64,000 nucleotides of DNA from Squalus acanthias. Lineage: Eukaryota. The stretch lies in NCBI GenBank assembly GCA_030390025.1, contig CM059441.1:62558001-62622000 (forward strand), read 5' to 3'. Made by a program: the position numbers and the translations under genes. The notes below the pieces were generated by a model. The model searched no databases and was not told the origin of the DNA. It worked only from the letters and a program-made list of their open reading frames with translations. Below are positions 23,672 through 35,414 of this stretch, piece by piece (position 1 is the first letter of the stretch; every line of letters begins with the position of its first letter).

Positions 23672-26600
23672 CCAGGAGAGTTCAAAAGCAGCGGGAGCAG
23701 AGCGAGATCGCCAAAACCCGGGAGAGTTCAAAAGCAGCGGGAGCAGAGCGAGAGTGCCAAAACCCGGGAGAGTTCAAAAGCAGCGGGAGCAGAGCGAGAG
23801 CGCTAAAACCAGGCAGAGTTCAAAAGCAGCGGGAGCAGCTGAGATACAAAGACCGGTGAGTGTAAAGCAGTAAAAAGTAATCGAAGTGTGACGTCACCAG
23901 AAAGCAGGTAAGTGGTGAGTATTTCTCTATTTCTTGCTTTTTTTCCAAACTTGAGAGTCTAAATTTAAGTGCCTTCGTGTAGATTAAAAGATATAAGTGT
24001 TCCAAATTTAAAACCAAATTAATTAATTGAGATGAGAGACCAGGCCATGTGTTGTTGTTGTTGCATGTGGGAGCTCGTGGACACCATTGAGGTCCATGGT
24101 GACCACATCTGCAGCAAATGTTGGCTGCTCGATGAACATCAGCTCAGAGTTGATGAGCTGGAGTCCGAGCTTCAAACACTGCGACACATTAGGGAGCGGG
24201 AGCGCTTCCTGGACAATATGGGGGAAAAATTCAGTTGGTTGCGCCTCCCGTTAGCACCTTAAGAGGGCGCTAATGGGGCGCAAAGCAACTTGCGCCCGGG
24301 CGCAGCGATGTTTGCGCCGCTCGCGAAATTACCTAGACATTTTGCGGCGGCGCTAAACACTACTGCCACGATCTCCTGCACCAGCATATCGTGACGTCAG
24401 TCGAGTGCGCAATGCCCCGGAAGTGCCCCAGAGCGGATATTCAGTGGCGCCCCCTGCCTTACCGCCTGCCGCTAGCAACGACAGGTTGAGGGGAGCATTT
24501 TGCAGTCAGGAAGGGACTGGGGGAGCGCTATTTAAAGGCGACCGCTTCCTGCCTTTTTTTGTTGGTGACATTTTTGAACCACGCATTCTGAGAGAGAGAG
24601 AGAGACTTCTGGAGAGATTCAACGCTGTGTGAAGGAGTTTTGGGTACTGAGCAGCACTTTGCAGGTTAATTTTGATTTGCCCTTCCTTGTATAGATTTAG
24701 AAGAGACTGTTGGGGCTGCACTCTGAGCTCTTTCCCTGGTTCTCTCCATTGTTCTTTCCAGCAGATTTGATGTACAGTTCTCTCCAGGCCGAGATTCAAG
24801 GCTGCAATGAGCAGGGTGTGGATGGAAAGCAAGAACAACCCTCCCCTTTAAGAACTGGCCGGCCATTGTGTCTGTGTTCCATTGCTGACTGACATCACAT
24901 GAGCTTCGCCAGTGCTCTGAGTTAGCGCTTCGCTCCTCGGCCTTAAGACAGATGTGTAGCGCCTGATTTTGCACTCCAATCACCTCCAGGGGCGATAAAA
25001 GTCAAGCTTGCAGTCGAGGCGATAATTAGCACCAGGCGCTAATCTTTACGCCAGGCTGATAATTGCGCCCCAAATGGGGTGATACTGAATTTCTCCCCGT
25101 ATGTTCCAGGAGGCAGTCACACCCACTAGAATAATTACTTCCAATTTGGCCCATGGTCAGGGACAGGAGGGTGTGACTACAAGCGATGCAGGTATTGGGA
25201 TCCAGGAGGTAGTGTTGGAGGAGCCTCAGCCCTTGGCCTTGTCCAACAGGTATGAGATTCTTGCTCCCTGTGTGGACGAGGCCAGGGACTGCAGGGAGGA
25301 TGAGCAAACTGACCACCGCACCATGGTACAGGGAACCATTTAAGTGGGGGGAGCAAAAAGAAATGTTGTAGTGATTGGGGACAGTATAGTGAGGGGGATA
25401 GATACTGTTCTCTGCAGCCGAGAGCATGAGTCCCGAAGGCTGTGTTGCCCGCCTGGTGCCATGGTTAAGGACATCTCCTTTGGGCTGGAGAGAAACTTGG
25501 AGTGGGAGGGGGAAGATCCAGTTGTCATAGTCCACGTAGGTACCAATGACATTGGTAGAACAAAGAAAGAGGTTCTGCTGAGGGAGTATGAGCAGCTAGG
25601 GACTAAATTAAAAAGCAGAACCACAAAGGTAATAATCTCTGGATTACTACCTGAGCCACGAGCGAATTTGCATAGGGTAAATAAGATCAGAGAAATGAAC
25701 GAGTGGCTCAAAGACTGCTGTGGGAGAAATGGGTTTCGATTTGTGGGGCTCTGGCACCAGTATTGGGATAAGAGGGGAGCTGTTCCGTTTCGACGGGCTT
25801 CACTTGAACCACGCTGGGGCTAGAGTCCTGGCAAATCGAATAACTAGGGCTGTAGAGAGGGCTTTAAACTAAATAGTGGGGGGGAGGATCCAGGTGAGCG
25901 GGCAAATAAAAAGTCAATGAGAAAGCAATAGAGCAGGCTAGAGATGGGGGAAATAATAACCAGAGTGTGACAGGAAGGGACAGAATGTTTAAAAATAAGA
26001 GTGTAACAGGAAAAAAAGGCCAAAACAAGGAGAAATGGTAAAAAGACAAAGTTAAAAGCTCTATATCTGAATGCACGCAGCATTCGTAACAACATAAATG
26101 AGTTGACTGCACAAATAGATACAAATGGGTATGAACTGATCGCCATTACAGAGACGTGGTTGCAAGGAGACCAGGGCTGGGAACTGAATATTCGGAAGGA
26201 TAGACAGAAAGGAATGGGAGGTGGGGTGGCTTTGTTGGTAAAAGATGGGATCAGTGCAGTGGTGAGAAGTGATATTGGCTCAGAAGATCAAGATGTAGAA
26301 TCGGTTTGGGTGGAGATAAAAAATAATAAGGGGAAAAAGTCTCTTGTGGGCGTAGTCTACAGGCCCCCGAACAGTAGCAATGCTGTTGGACAGAGTGTAA
26401 ATCAACAAATAATGGAGGCCTGTAAAAAGGTATGGTAATAATCATGGGTGATTTTAATCTCCATATTGATTGGACAAATCAAATTGGCCATGGTAGCCTG
26501 GAGGAGGAGTTCATAGAGTGCATCCGGGATGTTTTCCGAGAACAGTATGTAATGGAACCAACCAGGGAGCAGGCTATCTTGGATCTGGTATTATGTAATG

Positions 26601-28930
26601 AGACAGAATTAATAAATGATCTCATAGTAAAGGATCCTCTAGGAAAGAGTGATCATAGCATGGTTGAATTTCAAATTCAGTTGGAGGGTGAGAAAGTTGT
26701 ATCCCAAACCAGTGTCCAGATCTTAAACAAAGGCAATTATAATGGCATGAGGGCAGAACTGACTAAAGTGGACTGGAAAAACAAATTAAAGGGTAAGGAA
26801 TTTGAAATGCAGTGGCGGTCATTTAAGGAGATAATTCATAACTCTCAACAAAAATATATTCCAGTGAGAATGAAAGATTTTAAGAGAAGGGAGCACCATC
26901 CGTGGCTAACTAAGGAAGTAAAGGATGGTATCAAATTGAAAACGAAGGCATACAATGATGCCAAGATTGGTGGGAGTCCAGAGGATTGGGAAATTTTTTA
27001 AAACCAGCAAAGGATGACTAAAAAAATAATAAAGAGAGAGAAGATGAATTATGAGAGTCAGAGGGCAAGAAACATTAAAACAGATAGTAAGAGCTTCTAC
27101 AGGTATATAAAAAGGAAGAGGGTATCTAAAGTAAACGTTGGTCCCTTAGAGGATGAGACTGGGGAATTAATAATGGGGAACAGGGAAATGGCAGGGACTC
27201 TGAACAAATATTTTGCATCTGTCTTCACTGTAGAAGACACCAACAACATCCCAATAACGGATAATCAGGGGGCCACAGGGAGTGGGGAACTTAAGACAAT
27301 CACTATCACTAAGGAAATAGTACTCGGTAAAATAATGGGACTAAAAGACAACAAGTCCCCTGGACCAGATGGCCTACATCTCAGGGCCTAAAAGAAGTGG
27401 CTGCAGAGATAGTGGATGCATTGGTTGCAATATATCAAAATTCCCTGGACTCTGGAGAGGTCCCAGCAGATTGGAAAATCGCTAATGTAACACCCCTATT
27501 TAAGAAAGGAGGGAGACAGAAAGCAGGAAACTATAGACCAGTTAGCCTAACATCTGTCGTTGGGAAAATGCTGGAGTCCTTCATTAAGGAAGCAGTAGCA
27601 GGGCATTTAGAAAAACATACTTCAGTCAAACAGAGTCAGCATGGTTTTAGGAAAGGGAAATCATGTTTAACAAATTTGCTGAAGTTCTTTGAGGATGTAA
27701 CAAGCAGGGTGGACAAGGGCGAGCCAGTGGATGTGGTGTATTTGGATTTCCAGAAGGCATTCGATAAGGTGCCACATAAAAGGTTACTGCATAAGATAAG
27801 AGCTCACGGAGTTGGGGGTAAAATATCAGCATGGATAGAGAATTGGCTAACTCACAGAAAGCAGAGAGTCGGGATAAATGGGTCATTTTCTGGTTGGCAA
27901 ACGGTAATTAGTGGGGTGCCACAAGGATCGGTGCTGGGGCCCCAACTATTTACAATCTACATTAATGACTTGGATGAAGGGATCGAGTGTACTGTAGCCA
28001 AGTTTGCGGATCATACAAAGATGGGCGGGAAAGCAAGTTGTGCAGAGGACTCAAAGAATCTGCAAAGGGATATAGACAGGCTAGGTGAGTGGGCAAACAT
28101 TTGGCAGATGGAGTATAATGTGGGAAAGTGTGAGGTTATCCACTTTGGCAGGAAAAATAAAAAAGCAAACTATTATTTAAATGGAGAGAGATTACAAAAT
28201 GCTACAGTTCAGAGGGACCTGGGGGTCCTTGTGCATGAAACACAAAAAGTTAGCATGCAGGTACAGCAAGTAATCAAAAAGGCAAATAGAATGTTGGCCT
28301 TTATTTCAAGGGGGTTGGAATATAAAAGCATGGATGTCCTGCTACAACTGTACAAGGTATTGGTGAGACCACACCTTGAGTACTGCGTACAGTTTTGGTC
28401 TCCTTATTTAAGGAAGGATATACTTGCATTGGAGGCAGTTCAGAGACGATTCACTACGTTAATTCCAGAGATGAGGGGTTTGACTTATGAGGAAAGGTTG
28501 AGCCGGCTGGGCCTATACTCATTGGAATTTAGAAGAATGAGAGGTGATCTTAACGAAACATATAAAATACTGAGGGGGTTCGACAAGGTAGATGCAGAGA
28601 GGATGTTTTCCCCTCATGGGGTAATCTAGAACTCGGGGGCACAGTCTCAGAATAAAGGGTCGCCCTTTTAGAACTGAGATGAGGAGGAACTTCTTCTCTC
28701 AGAGGGTCGTAAATTTGTGGAATTCTCTGCACCAGAGAGCTGTGGAGGCTGGGTCATTAAATACATTTAAAATGGAGATAGACAAATTTTTGCAAGATAA
28801 GGGAGTGAAGGGTTATGGGGAGCGGGCTGGGAAGTGGCTTTGAGCCCTAGATCAGCCATAATCTTATTGAATGGTGGAGCAGGCTCCAGGGGCCAATTCC
28901 TGCTCCTATTTCTTATGTTCTTATGTTTTT
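23672..28930 (+). mobile_element. Near-full-length CR1 LINE, defective (mirror of 1426-6023)
   Basis: ORF pieces 24032-24262 and 25101-25823 (ORF1 zinc finger + esterase), 26103-27391 (APE endonuclease: IAITETWL, GGGVAL, MGDFN, SDH), 27397-28629 (RT). AAGGC flanks. Confidence 0.96.
24220..25099 (-). mobile_element. MITE family A copy in right-arm CR1 ORF1
   Basis: TAT-flanked, same TIRs and body as 4364-5238. Confidence 0.85.
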
Positions 28931-29689
28931 AAGGCGCTTCACAGGGGTGTTATTTAACAACATTTGACCCTGAGCCACATAAGGAGAAATTAGGTCAGAT
29001 GACCAAAAGCTTGGTCACAGAGGTAGGTTGTTGGGCTGAAGGAGATTACAGAGATAGTGAGGGGCGAGGCCATGGAGGGATTTGAAAACAAGGATTAGAA
29101 TTTTAAAATTGAGACATTGCTTAACCAGCAGCCAATGTCGGTCAGCGAGCACAGGTTTGATGGGTGAATTGGATTTGTTGCAAATTAGGTCATGGGCAGC
29201 CAAGCTTTGGATGACCTCAAGTTTACGTAGGGTAGAACGTGGTAGGCCAGCCAGGAGTGCCTTGGAATAGTCAAGTCTAGAGGTAACAAAGGCATGGATG
29301 AGGGTTTCAGCAGTGGATGAGCTGAGGCAGGGGCGGAGACGGGCGATGTTATGGAGGTGGAAATAGGAGGTCTTAGTTATGGCACGGATATGTGGTCAGA
29401 AGCTCATTTCAGGGTGAAATATGACACCAAGATTGCGAATGGTCTGGTTCAGCCTCAGACAGATGTTAGGAGAGGGATGGAGTCAGTGGCTAGAGAACGG
29501 AGTTTGTGGCGGAGAACGAGGATGAGGATTTTAAATTTGAGGCGTTGCCGGACCGGGAGCCAATGTACGATGGGCCAAATGGCCTCCTTCTGTGCTGTGT
29601 GATTCTATGATTCTCTGAATTAAGTTCCTCTTTCTTTCCTATGAAATCAAGAATATTGCAGAGGAGCAGTGAACAAGTATATCCTTCCT

Positions 29690-30210
29690 GAAGGATATAC
29701 TTGCCATAGAGGGAGTGCAATGAAGGTTCACCAGACTGATTCCTGGGATGGGGGGATTGTCCTAGGAGCAGAGATTGAGTAGACTAGGCCTATATTTGCT
29801 AGAGTTTAGAAGAATGAGAGGTGATCTCATTGAAACATACAAAAAATCTTGCAGGGCTTGACAGGGTAGATGCAGGGAGGATGTTTCCCCTGGCTGGGGA
29901 GGCTAGAACGAGGGTCACAGTCTCAGAATAAGGGGTTGGCCATTTAGGACTGAGATGAGGAAAAATTTCTTCACTCAGAGGGTGGTGAATCTTTGGAATT
30001 CTCTACCCCAGAGGTCTGTGGAATCTCAGTCGTTGAGTATATTCAAGACAGAGATCGATAGATTTTTGAATATTAAGGGAATCAAGGGAGTTGGGGATAC
30101 TGCAGGAAAGTGGAGATGAGGTAGAAGATCAGCCATGATCTTATTGAATGGCAGAGCAGGCTCGAGGGGCGAAATGGCGTACTCCTTCTCCTATTTCTTA
30201 TGTTCTTATG
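29690..30210 (+). mobile_element. CR1 3' fragment
   Basis: Matches the 3' end of the 28400-28930 CR1; TTCTTATG tail. Confidence 0.88.
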
Positions 30211-30933
30211 TGAGAGGTGTTTGCCATCACTGTTTAGTGTGAGGTCCAGTTCAGTTTAACAAACCCGCACTGAGACCGTCTGTAAAAGTTATAAACCCAA
30301 CACAGCTGCACCTCCGACACATTTAGTGCTCAGGTGAGAGGCGCTTTGCTACTCTGCTTCAAAGTGTCTGCTGCAGTGGGGTCAGTACTGTACTTGGGGA
30401 CAAGTCAGTCTACAATGCTGTTTTGGAATCAAACTACGACAACACTGGTTTTGTATCTAAAATAATCCCTTAGACAAGGAAGATCCAAAGTGATTCCCTA
30501 GACAATGAAGATCCAAAGTACAGCAAGTAGACAATCACCTTAGCGGATCAGATGGGTTGTAGAGCAAAATAATCGTTTACACTATTCAGTGATTCATGAT
30601 GGAGATAATGGCGTGAGTTATGAGTGCTCCTAATCCATTGTTCCTGCCTTGTAAAGTAGTGCAGAATACATCTCTATTGCAGGCATTGCGTTGGGTGGAA
30701 GACTTGCTTCACTAAATAGGGTCCTGAGGTCCGTGACCAAAATATAGAACAAACTTCTCCACTCCCGTGTCCAGGAATCCCTTCCATCCATTGAGTAACC
30801 TTGGTGAGTTTGTTCCTTGTCCTGTAGATGGTACACACTGCAGCCACTATACGCCAGTGTCGGAGGGAGTGGATAGGGAGTCTAGTTGAGTGAAAAGCCG
30901 TCCAGTGCTAAATATTGATATTTCTCTCCTCAG

Positions 30934-31302
30934 CTGTATTGTCGCAAGAGTGGAAAGGCGACACTCCACGAGATGTGATAGCACAGGTAGGTTAGTGTGC
31001 AGAGATTCCATGTCATTACACTTATCCATCGCACTTGGCAAATGATTTGCGAGTTGGAGTCTGGTTCAATACCAAGGAACAGAAACCATGGGCTCCCCTA
31101 GCCTTTCACTCCAAGGATCACAATCACGCGTCGCCACAGTTACGCCATCCGACCTGGCTGTCTGGAGACCTGAAAGATGGTGACTGTTCCCTGATTATAA
31201 ACAACATCACACAGCAAGATGCAGGGCCTTATTTTTTCAGAATAGAATTTAACAACAGTGATAAGTTTAACTGTTTCCCTGCAACACAGCTTCATGTTTC
31301 TG
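30934..31302 (+). pseudogene. Siglec-like V-set exon, unit B, premature TAG at 30993-30995
   Basis: AG/GT-bounded phase-1 exon: VLSQEWKGDTP..G*CAEIPC..W..GDLKDGDCSLIINNITQQDAGPYFFRIEF, with the Siglec Cys pattern and F-strand Arg. Confidence 0.9.
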
Positions 31303-32532
31303 GTAAGTGCTGTGTTATAATGACTCAACAATTCACGTTCAACATTCAATGGAAAGTGACATAAACTGTGGCGGTTACATAGTAACAATAAACACAGCTT
31401 ATTATAATGCAGCGTCTGCTTATCAATAACCTGGCGATACCTTCCAGTTCAGTCCTAAAGCAACCTCTAATACTCACTTTATTATCAATGATTAAATGTC
31501 TTGAATGTGTCCATCAATGTTATCAGGTTGTCGACTCCGATCAGTCTGTCTAATCATGTTGAAAAGTCTTACATATAGACAAAAGAATGAACTTGCATTT
31601 CTATAGCGCCTTTCACGACCTCAAGACATCTCAAAGTGCTTCACAGCCAATGAAGTACATTTGAAGTGTATTCACTATTGTAATGTAGGAATCGCGGCAG
31701 CCAATTTGGGAACAGCAAGCTCCCACAAACAGCAATGTGATAATGACCTGATCATCTGTTTTAGGTGTTGGTTGAGGGAAAAATGCAAATTGTTTCCGCC
31801 CTGCCATGGACAGTTTAATTTAAATTTGGCAGAGATCTCTGAGAGAGTGACGAGTCAGTGCTCCCCGATTGTGACCTGCTCTACAACCTCCCACCCATTA
31901 TTGTCAATTCAAGGGTCTCATAGAGAAAGTACATTAAGTGCAGTGACAGACAACCCGCCAAGCCTGAAAATAGGAAAGTAATTTCTCTTACATAGTTGCA
32001 CAGAATTACATTGAGTCTACAGCACAGAAGCAAGACATTTGGAAAAACAGGTCCATGCTCCACACGAGCCTCCTCGCACTCTTCTTCATGTAATCCTATC
32101 TGCTCTCTCCCTCAGGTACTTATCTAGCTACCCCTTAAATGCATCTATGCTATTGGCCACAACACTACTTGTGGTCGTGAGTTCCACATTCACACCACTT
32201 TCCTGGTAATGAAGTTTCTCCTGAATTCCCTATTGGATTTATTAGTGACTATCATGTATTGTTGGCCCCTAGTTTTGGACTCCCCCACAAGTGGAAATAT
32301 CTTCTCTACATCTATCCTATCAAATCCCTTCAAAATTTTGAAGACCTACATCAGGTCACTCCTCAGCCTCTCTTTTCTAGAGAAAAGAGCCCCAGCCTGT
32401 TCAGCCTTTCCTTATCATTGTAACCTCCCAGTTCTGGTATCATTCTTGTAAAAGTGCTTTCTCTGGTGGTTTCTATTTGAACTGATGCTTCACATTATAT
32501 TTATCTAAAAGGATATTTTTTCTGTGTGTTAG

Positions 32533-32874
32533 ATTTCACAGACAAACCCATGCTATTTCCTACTGAAATTATTATAGGAAAGTGTCTGGACATAAGCTGC
32601 ACCTTCAACACCGCGTGCAATGGAACAGCACCTGTCTTAACCTGGGTCAATCATGCTGGCGTACCTGGGTCAGTATCAAACAGTAAAATACAGATGATCT
32701 GGTCATCAGCACATTGCTATATGTGGGATGTTGCTGTGTGCAGTGTAGACTATTACGGGTAATGTAGAATAAAGGATGTCCATACGTACACTGCATAGTT
32801 AGTACTAAGGTCCGTCTGATGAAACAGATGGATAACTGACTCTGCAGGTGAGAGTTTGCCCGTGGTGTTTGAGT
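32533..32874 (+). pseudogene. Siglec-like C2-set exon, unit B, broken by deletion and inversion
   Basis: DFTDKP..ISCTFNTACNGTAPVLTW to ~32685; the remainder is present in reverse orientation at ~32685-32874. Confidence 0.88.
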
Positions 32875-33914
32875 CGCAGTCGCACGTGCATTAACACATA
32901 CATACACTCTCCGCCTCTCCACCTCTCTTTCCTTCTTTAAGACGCTCCTTAAAACCTCCCTCTTTGACCACGCTTTCGGTCACCTGTCCTCAATTTAATA
33001 GTGTAGATAGAGAGAAACTCTTTCCTCTGGTGGGGGGAGTCCAGAACAACAGGGCATAACCTTAAAATTAGAGCTCGGCCATTCAGGGGTGATGTCAGAA
33101 GCACTTCTTCACACAAAGGATAGTGGAAATCTGGAACTCCCCCCCCTCCCCCCCCCCCCCCCCCCGCCCCCGAAAAGATGTTGAGGCTGGGGGTTAAGTA
33201 AAAATGAAAAGAGGTTGCACAAACTAGGGTTATATTGGGGTACTGTATTAAGTTCTGGGCAACACACCTTAGGAAGGATATATTGCCTTGGAGGGAGCGC
33301 AGCGTAGATTTACCAGAATGATACTGGGACTCCAAGGGTTAAATTATGAGGAGAAATTACACAAACTAGGATTATATTCCCTGGAATTTAGAAGGTTAAG
33401 GGATAATTTGATTGAAGTTTTCTAGATTTTGAGGGGAACTGATAGGGTAGATGGAGAGAAACTATTTCCGCTGGCTGGTGAATCTAGGACTAGGGGGACA
33501 TAGCTAATGTTCCCCCTAATTTATTTTTGTACTGAGCGGGCCATGAACTCCTTTGAGCATGACCTTTTCGTCCGAGAGCAAATTTTAAAACAACAACAAC
33601 AACAAGAACAACTTTTACAAAAACGACAGCAACAGCAATCACTTAAAAGCATTTATACAGTAATGCCATATTGCCACCCCACCATCTCAAATCATGAGAC
33701 AATCAGACAAGGTTCCATACAAGTTTAACATAACTTTTCTGCTTTTGAATTCTATTCTTCTAGAAATAAGCCCAGCGCTTTACTTGCACTTTTATGGCTT
33801 TTTTAATCTGTGTTGCTACTTTTAATGATTTGTGAATCTATACCCCTAGATCCCTTTGCACCTCTACCCCATTTAGACTCCTTTTTTCCCCTCTGGACTG
33901 AGCATTCAATACAA

Positions 33915-34345
33915 ACCAACATCTATATTGCGCCTTTCACAGCCTCAGGATGTCCCGAAACACTTTACAGCCAATAAAGTACTGTCACTGTTGTAATGTA
34001 GGAAACGCGGCAGCCAATTTACATGCAGCAAGCTCCCACAAACAGCAATGTGATAACCACCAGATCATGATTTTCATGATATTGGTTGAGGGTAAATATT
34101 GGCCCAGGATACCGAGAAGAATTTTCTGCTCTTCTTCGTGTAGTGCCATGAGACCTTTTACATCCACCTCAGCAGGCAGATAGGGCCTCGATTTAACGTC
34201 TCACCCGAAAGACGGCGCCTCTGACAGTGCAGCACTCCCTCAGTACTGCACTGGGAGTGTAGGTTTGGATTATGGGGCTCAAGTCTCTGGAGCGTGGACT
34301 TGAACCCACAAACTTTTGACTCAGATGCGAGAAAGAGAGAGAGAG
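33915..34345 (-). mobile_element. SacSINE1-like Deu-domain SINE
   Basis: Reverse complement of the body seen at 44737-45165. Confidence 0.85.
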
Positions 34346-34373
34346 AGAGAGAGAGACTGATAAACCCACTGTA

Positions 34374-34516
34374 CCACTTCCTGCTTTGACTCATAGTGAC
34401 ACATCAACCCTTTCTAATTAAATACGCAGAGTAGCACAGGAAGAGGCCATTCGGACCAAGTAGTGCATGTTGGCAAATACTCCCCAGGCGAGCAGTCGGA
34501 CAGACCCTGGGTAAGT
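34374..34516 (+). promoter_or_regulatory. Promoter + non-coding exon 1, unit C
   Basis: ACTTCCTG 34376, TGACTCA 34387, TAATTAAATA 34415, donor GTAAGT 34511, followed by the leader exon acceptor at 35332. Confidence 0.72.
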
Positions 34517-34694
34517 AACGCAATGATCGTAATTCACTTCCATGACCAACGCCGTCCTTTGTTGGTGTTGTGACTTTATAAAGATAGATTCCAATGTTTG
34601 ATGCCTTCTCAAGATTTCTACATATTATTGAGATGTGGGCTTAGGGCTCAAGTCTGTCATACAGGACATATTTCTAGTTCAAGGGACAAGGGAA

Positions 34695-35175
34695 GTCCAG
34701 AGACTTGAGTCCATAATCCAGGCTGAATCGCCCAGTGCAGTACTGAGGGAGCTCTGCACTGTCGGAGGGTCAGTACTGAGGGAGCTCTGCACTGTCGGAG
34801 GGTCAGTACTGAGGGAGCTCTGCATTGTCGGAGGGGCAGTACTGAGGGAGCGCTGCACTGTCGGAGGTGCCGTCTTTTGGATGAGATGTTAAACTGAGAT
34901 GGATGTAAAAGATCCCTTAGCACTATTGCAAAGAAGAGCAGGGGCGTTTTCCCTGGTGTCCTGGCCAATATTTATCACTTAACCAACATAAAGAACAGAT
35001 TGTCTGACAATTTATCACACTGCTGTTTGTGGGACCTTGCTGTGTGAAAATTGGCTGCCGCGCTTCCTACATTACGACAATGACTACACTTCAAAAAGTA
35101 CTTCATTTTCTTCATGTAAAGCGCTTTGGGAAGTCCTGAGGTTGTGAAAGGAGCTATAGAACTGCAAGTATTTCT
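34695..35175 (+). mobile_element. SacSINE1-like SINE with internal 33-bp tandem expansion
   Basis: CAGTACTGAGGGAGCTCTGCACTGTCGGAGG x4, followed by the Deu domain and L2-like tail. Confidence 0.85.
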
Positions 35176-35374
35176 TTGTTTTTCTTTCTTAAGTCCTTGT
35201 GACTCACTGACGAGCACCTATCATCCCACAGATAATCAAATTATTCCGTGAAGACATTGTCTAAGAGCAGTTTTGATCTCTTGAGAGCTATTGGGCAAGA
35301 GGTGAGGTCTCATTAACTCCTTTCTCTTTCAGACCTAGAGAGTGAGAAGTTGCTGGAATATCTGGGAGCGGACA

Positions 35375-35414
35375 ATGGTCAGGAATTCTTACTTGCTCCT
35401 GTCCCTTCTCCAAG
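35375..35414 (+). CDS. Signal-peptide exon, unit C (MVRNSYLLLSLLQ-G|GT)
   Basis: Acceptor TTTCTCTTTCAG at 35332, ACAATGG Kozak context, hydrophobic core. The phase-1 donor joins the V exon to read ..LLQAVLSEEW. Confidence 0.85.

Larger units (their letters stand above)
14680..30656 (+). repeat. Right arm of giant inverted duplication
   Basis: Mirror of 1-14269 with a few percent substitutions and arm-specific indels (extra MITE 15582-16474; retains 908 bp of CR1 lost on the left). Confidence 0.97.

Noticed and set aside
33507-33728. PolyQ protein ORF
   Set aside because: (CAA)n microsatellite between CR1 fragments, with no exon structure.
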